A stretch of DNA of 60,284 nucleotides from Candidatus Izemoplasma sp. (GTDB taxonomy: Bacteria > Bacillota_I > Bacilli_A > Izemoplasmatales > Izemoplasmataceae): positions 1-60,284 of the forward strand of contig SKIW01000026.1 in assembly GCA_007116245.1 (NCBI GenBank). Direction: 5' to 3'. Shown piece by piece: positions 59,069 to 60,284 of the stretch (positions are counted from its first letter, which is position 1; the number at the start of each line of letters is the position of its first letter). Below the pieces are notes generated by a model. It had not been told where the DNA came from and ran no database searches. It worked only from the letters and a program-made list of their open reading frames with translations. The position numbers and the translations under genes were made by a program.

Positions 59069-60284
59069 ATGAGTAAAAAATTCTCTCATTATAAAATCCG
59101 TTTAGCCTCTCCTGAAGAAATACTTTCTTGGTCCTTTGGAGAAGTTGAAAAACATGAAACCATTAACTATCGCACGTTAAAACCTGAACGCAGAGGGTTA
59201 TTCTGTGAAGAGATTTTTGGGCCAACCAAAGATTTCCAATGCGCTTGTAATAATAAATCTAAACGCAGTTCACAAAGCGGTAAAAAATGCCCTATTTGTG
59301 GGGTTGAAATTACCGAGAGTAAAGTGCGTAGAGAGCGTATGGGACACATTAAACTCGCTGCACCTGTGGTGCATACATGGTATTTAAGAAATACCCCATC
59401 ACGCATCGCGACATTACTCGATATTAAACCTAAAGATTTAGAAGAAGTTGTTTACTTAGCATCGTATATTGTTATTGATAAAGGTGAAACAGATCTTTAT
59501 TACAAACAAATTCTTTCTGAAGCGAAATACACTGAAAAATACATGGAGTACGGTAATAAATTTCGCGCTCTTACTGGTGCTGAAGCTGTTAAAATTTTAC
59601 TACAGCAACTCAATTTACATGAAGAAGCTTATAAACTTCGTAAAGAACTCCCAACCGCTTCGAAACAAAAACGCGAGAAAATTATCAAACGTTTAGAAGT
59701 ATTAGAAGCGTTTAAAAACTCTGATAATAAACCGGAGTGGATGGTCTTAGAAGTATTACCCGTCATTCCACCTGAACTTCGCCCTATGGTGCAGCTCGAT
59801 GGTGGACGATTTGCAACGACTGACTTAAACGATCTTTACCGTCGTATTTTAAACCGTAATAACCGTTTAAAACGTCAAATTGAGCAAAACGCACCACACT
59901 TAATTACGAAAAACGAAAAACGGATGCTTCAAGAAGCTGTCGATGCCTTAATTGACAACAGCAAACGCGGACGTAAAGTCGTCGTTGAGAAAAACCGTCC
60001 TTTAAAATCACTATCAGACATGCTTCGTGGTAAACAAGGACGTTTCCGTCAAAACTTACTTGGTAAACGTGTTGACTACTCTGGACGTAGTGTTATCGTC
60101 GTTGGTCCAGACCTTGAAATGTATCAATGCGGTCTACCAAAAGAAATGGCAATCTCACTTTTTAAACCGTTTGTAATTCGCGAGTTAATTAACCGTGAAA
60201 TTTCATCAAATATTAAAAACGCGAAATCGTTAATCGAGCGCCTTGACCCTAAAGTTTGGTCAGTTCTCGAAGACGTTATCCGTG
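59069..60284 (+). CDS. rpoC: DNA-directed RNA polymerase subunit beta' (5' part, runs off the window)
   Basis: Not in the ORF track because no stop lies within the window. ATG after [24 protein letters not shown], zinc motif [76 protein letters not shown]. Confidence 0.95.
   Translation, partial: MSKKFSHYKIRLASPEEILSWSFGEVEKHETINYRTLKPERRGLFCEEIFGPTKDFQCACNNKSKRSSQSGKKCPICGVEITESKVRRERMGHIKLAAPVVHTWYLRNTPSRIATLLDIKPKDLEEVVYLASYIVIDKGETDLYYKQILSEAKYTEKYMEYGNKFRALTGAEAVKILLQQLNLHEEAYKLRKELPTASKQKREKIIKRLEVLEAFKNSDNKPEWMVLEVLPVIPPELRPMVQLDGGRFATTDLNDLYRRILNRNNRLKRQIEQNAPHLITKNEKRMLQEAVDALIDNSKRGRKVVVEKNRPLKSLSDMLRGKQGRFRQNLLGKRVDYSGRSVIVVGPDLEMYQCGLPKEMAISLFKPFVIRELINREISSNIKNAKSLIERLDPKVWSVLEDVIR

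Noticed and set aside
59205-59406. Short ORFs on both strands (59205..59387 +, 59167..59406 -, 59469..59696 +) in a region the ORF track shows without a long ORF.
   Set aside because: The real gene here is rpoC (frame starting at 59069). It is missing from the track only because it has no stop codon inside the window. The short ORFs are off-frame artefacts.

Overview
60.3-kb window from a low-G+C Bacillota-type genome. Gene order is Bacillus-like. The standard genetic code applies: TGA is used as a stop (for example at the oraS, ecfA2 and ecfT ends), so this is not a code-4 mollicute. The window is densely coding and almost entirely on the + strand.

Layout:
1. The tail of a tRNA cluster (a tRNA-Asp-like fragment and tRNA-Phe), followed by an orphan 213-aa ORF and surE.
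2. An amino-acid fermentation block. It starts with ord, then a tightly coupled ten-gene operon: ortA-ortB-oraS-oraE-(GlmL/MutL-like reactivase)-orr-alr-arcA-arcB-arcC. This joins B12/PLP-dependent oxidative ornithine degradation to the arginine deiminase pathway.
3. A minus-strand ABC permease plus lipoprotein binding-protein pair with no ATPase gene, and a divergent Crp/Fnr regulator.
4. A complete S10-spc-alpha ribosomal cluster (rpsJ to rplQ, including secY, adk, map, infA, rpmJ and rpoA).
5. A 1240-aa orphan helicase-nuclease-like fusion gene with its own promoter, wedged between rplQ and ecfA1-ecfA2-ecfT-truA.
6. tmk-holB-ricT-methyltransferase-rsmI-metG, nested before rplM-rpsI.
7. gltX, a cold-shock gene, and cysS-mrnC-rlmB-sigH.
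8. rpmG-secE-nusG-rplK-rplA-rplJ-rplL, a small methyltransferase, a 1405-aa rpoB and the 5' part of rpoC.

Most of the window is core housekeeping. The items most worth follow-up are the orphan HRDC-like/DUF4011-like/Upf1-type helicase/REase-like gene inside the translation locus, the fused arginine-ornithine catabolic operon with an embedded alanine racemase, a ~220-aa repeat-containing insertion in RpoB, duplicated L1-binding rRNA mimics before both rplK and rplA, and the tRNA-adjacent PD-(D/E)xK-like orphan. All family assignments come from reading motifs and synteny by eye. No database search was run.
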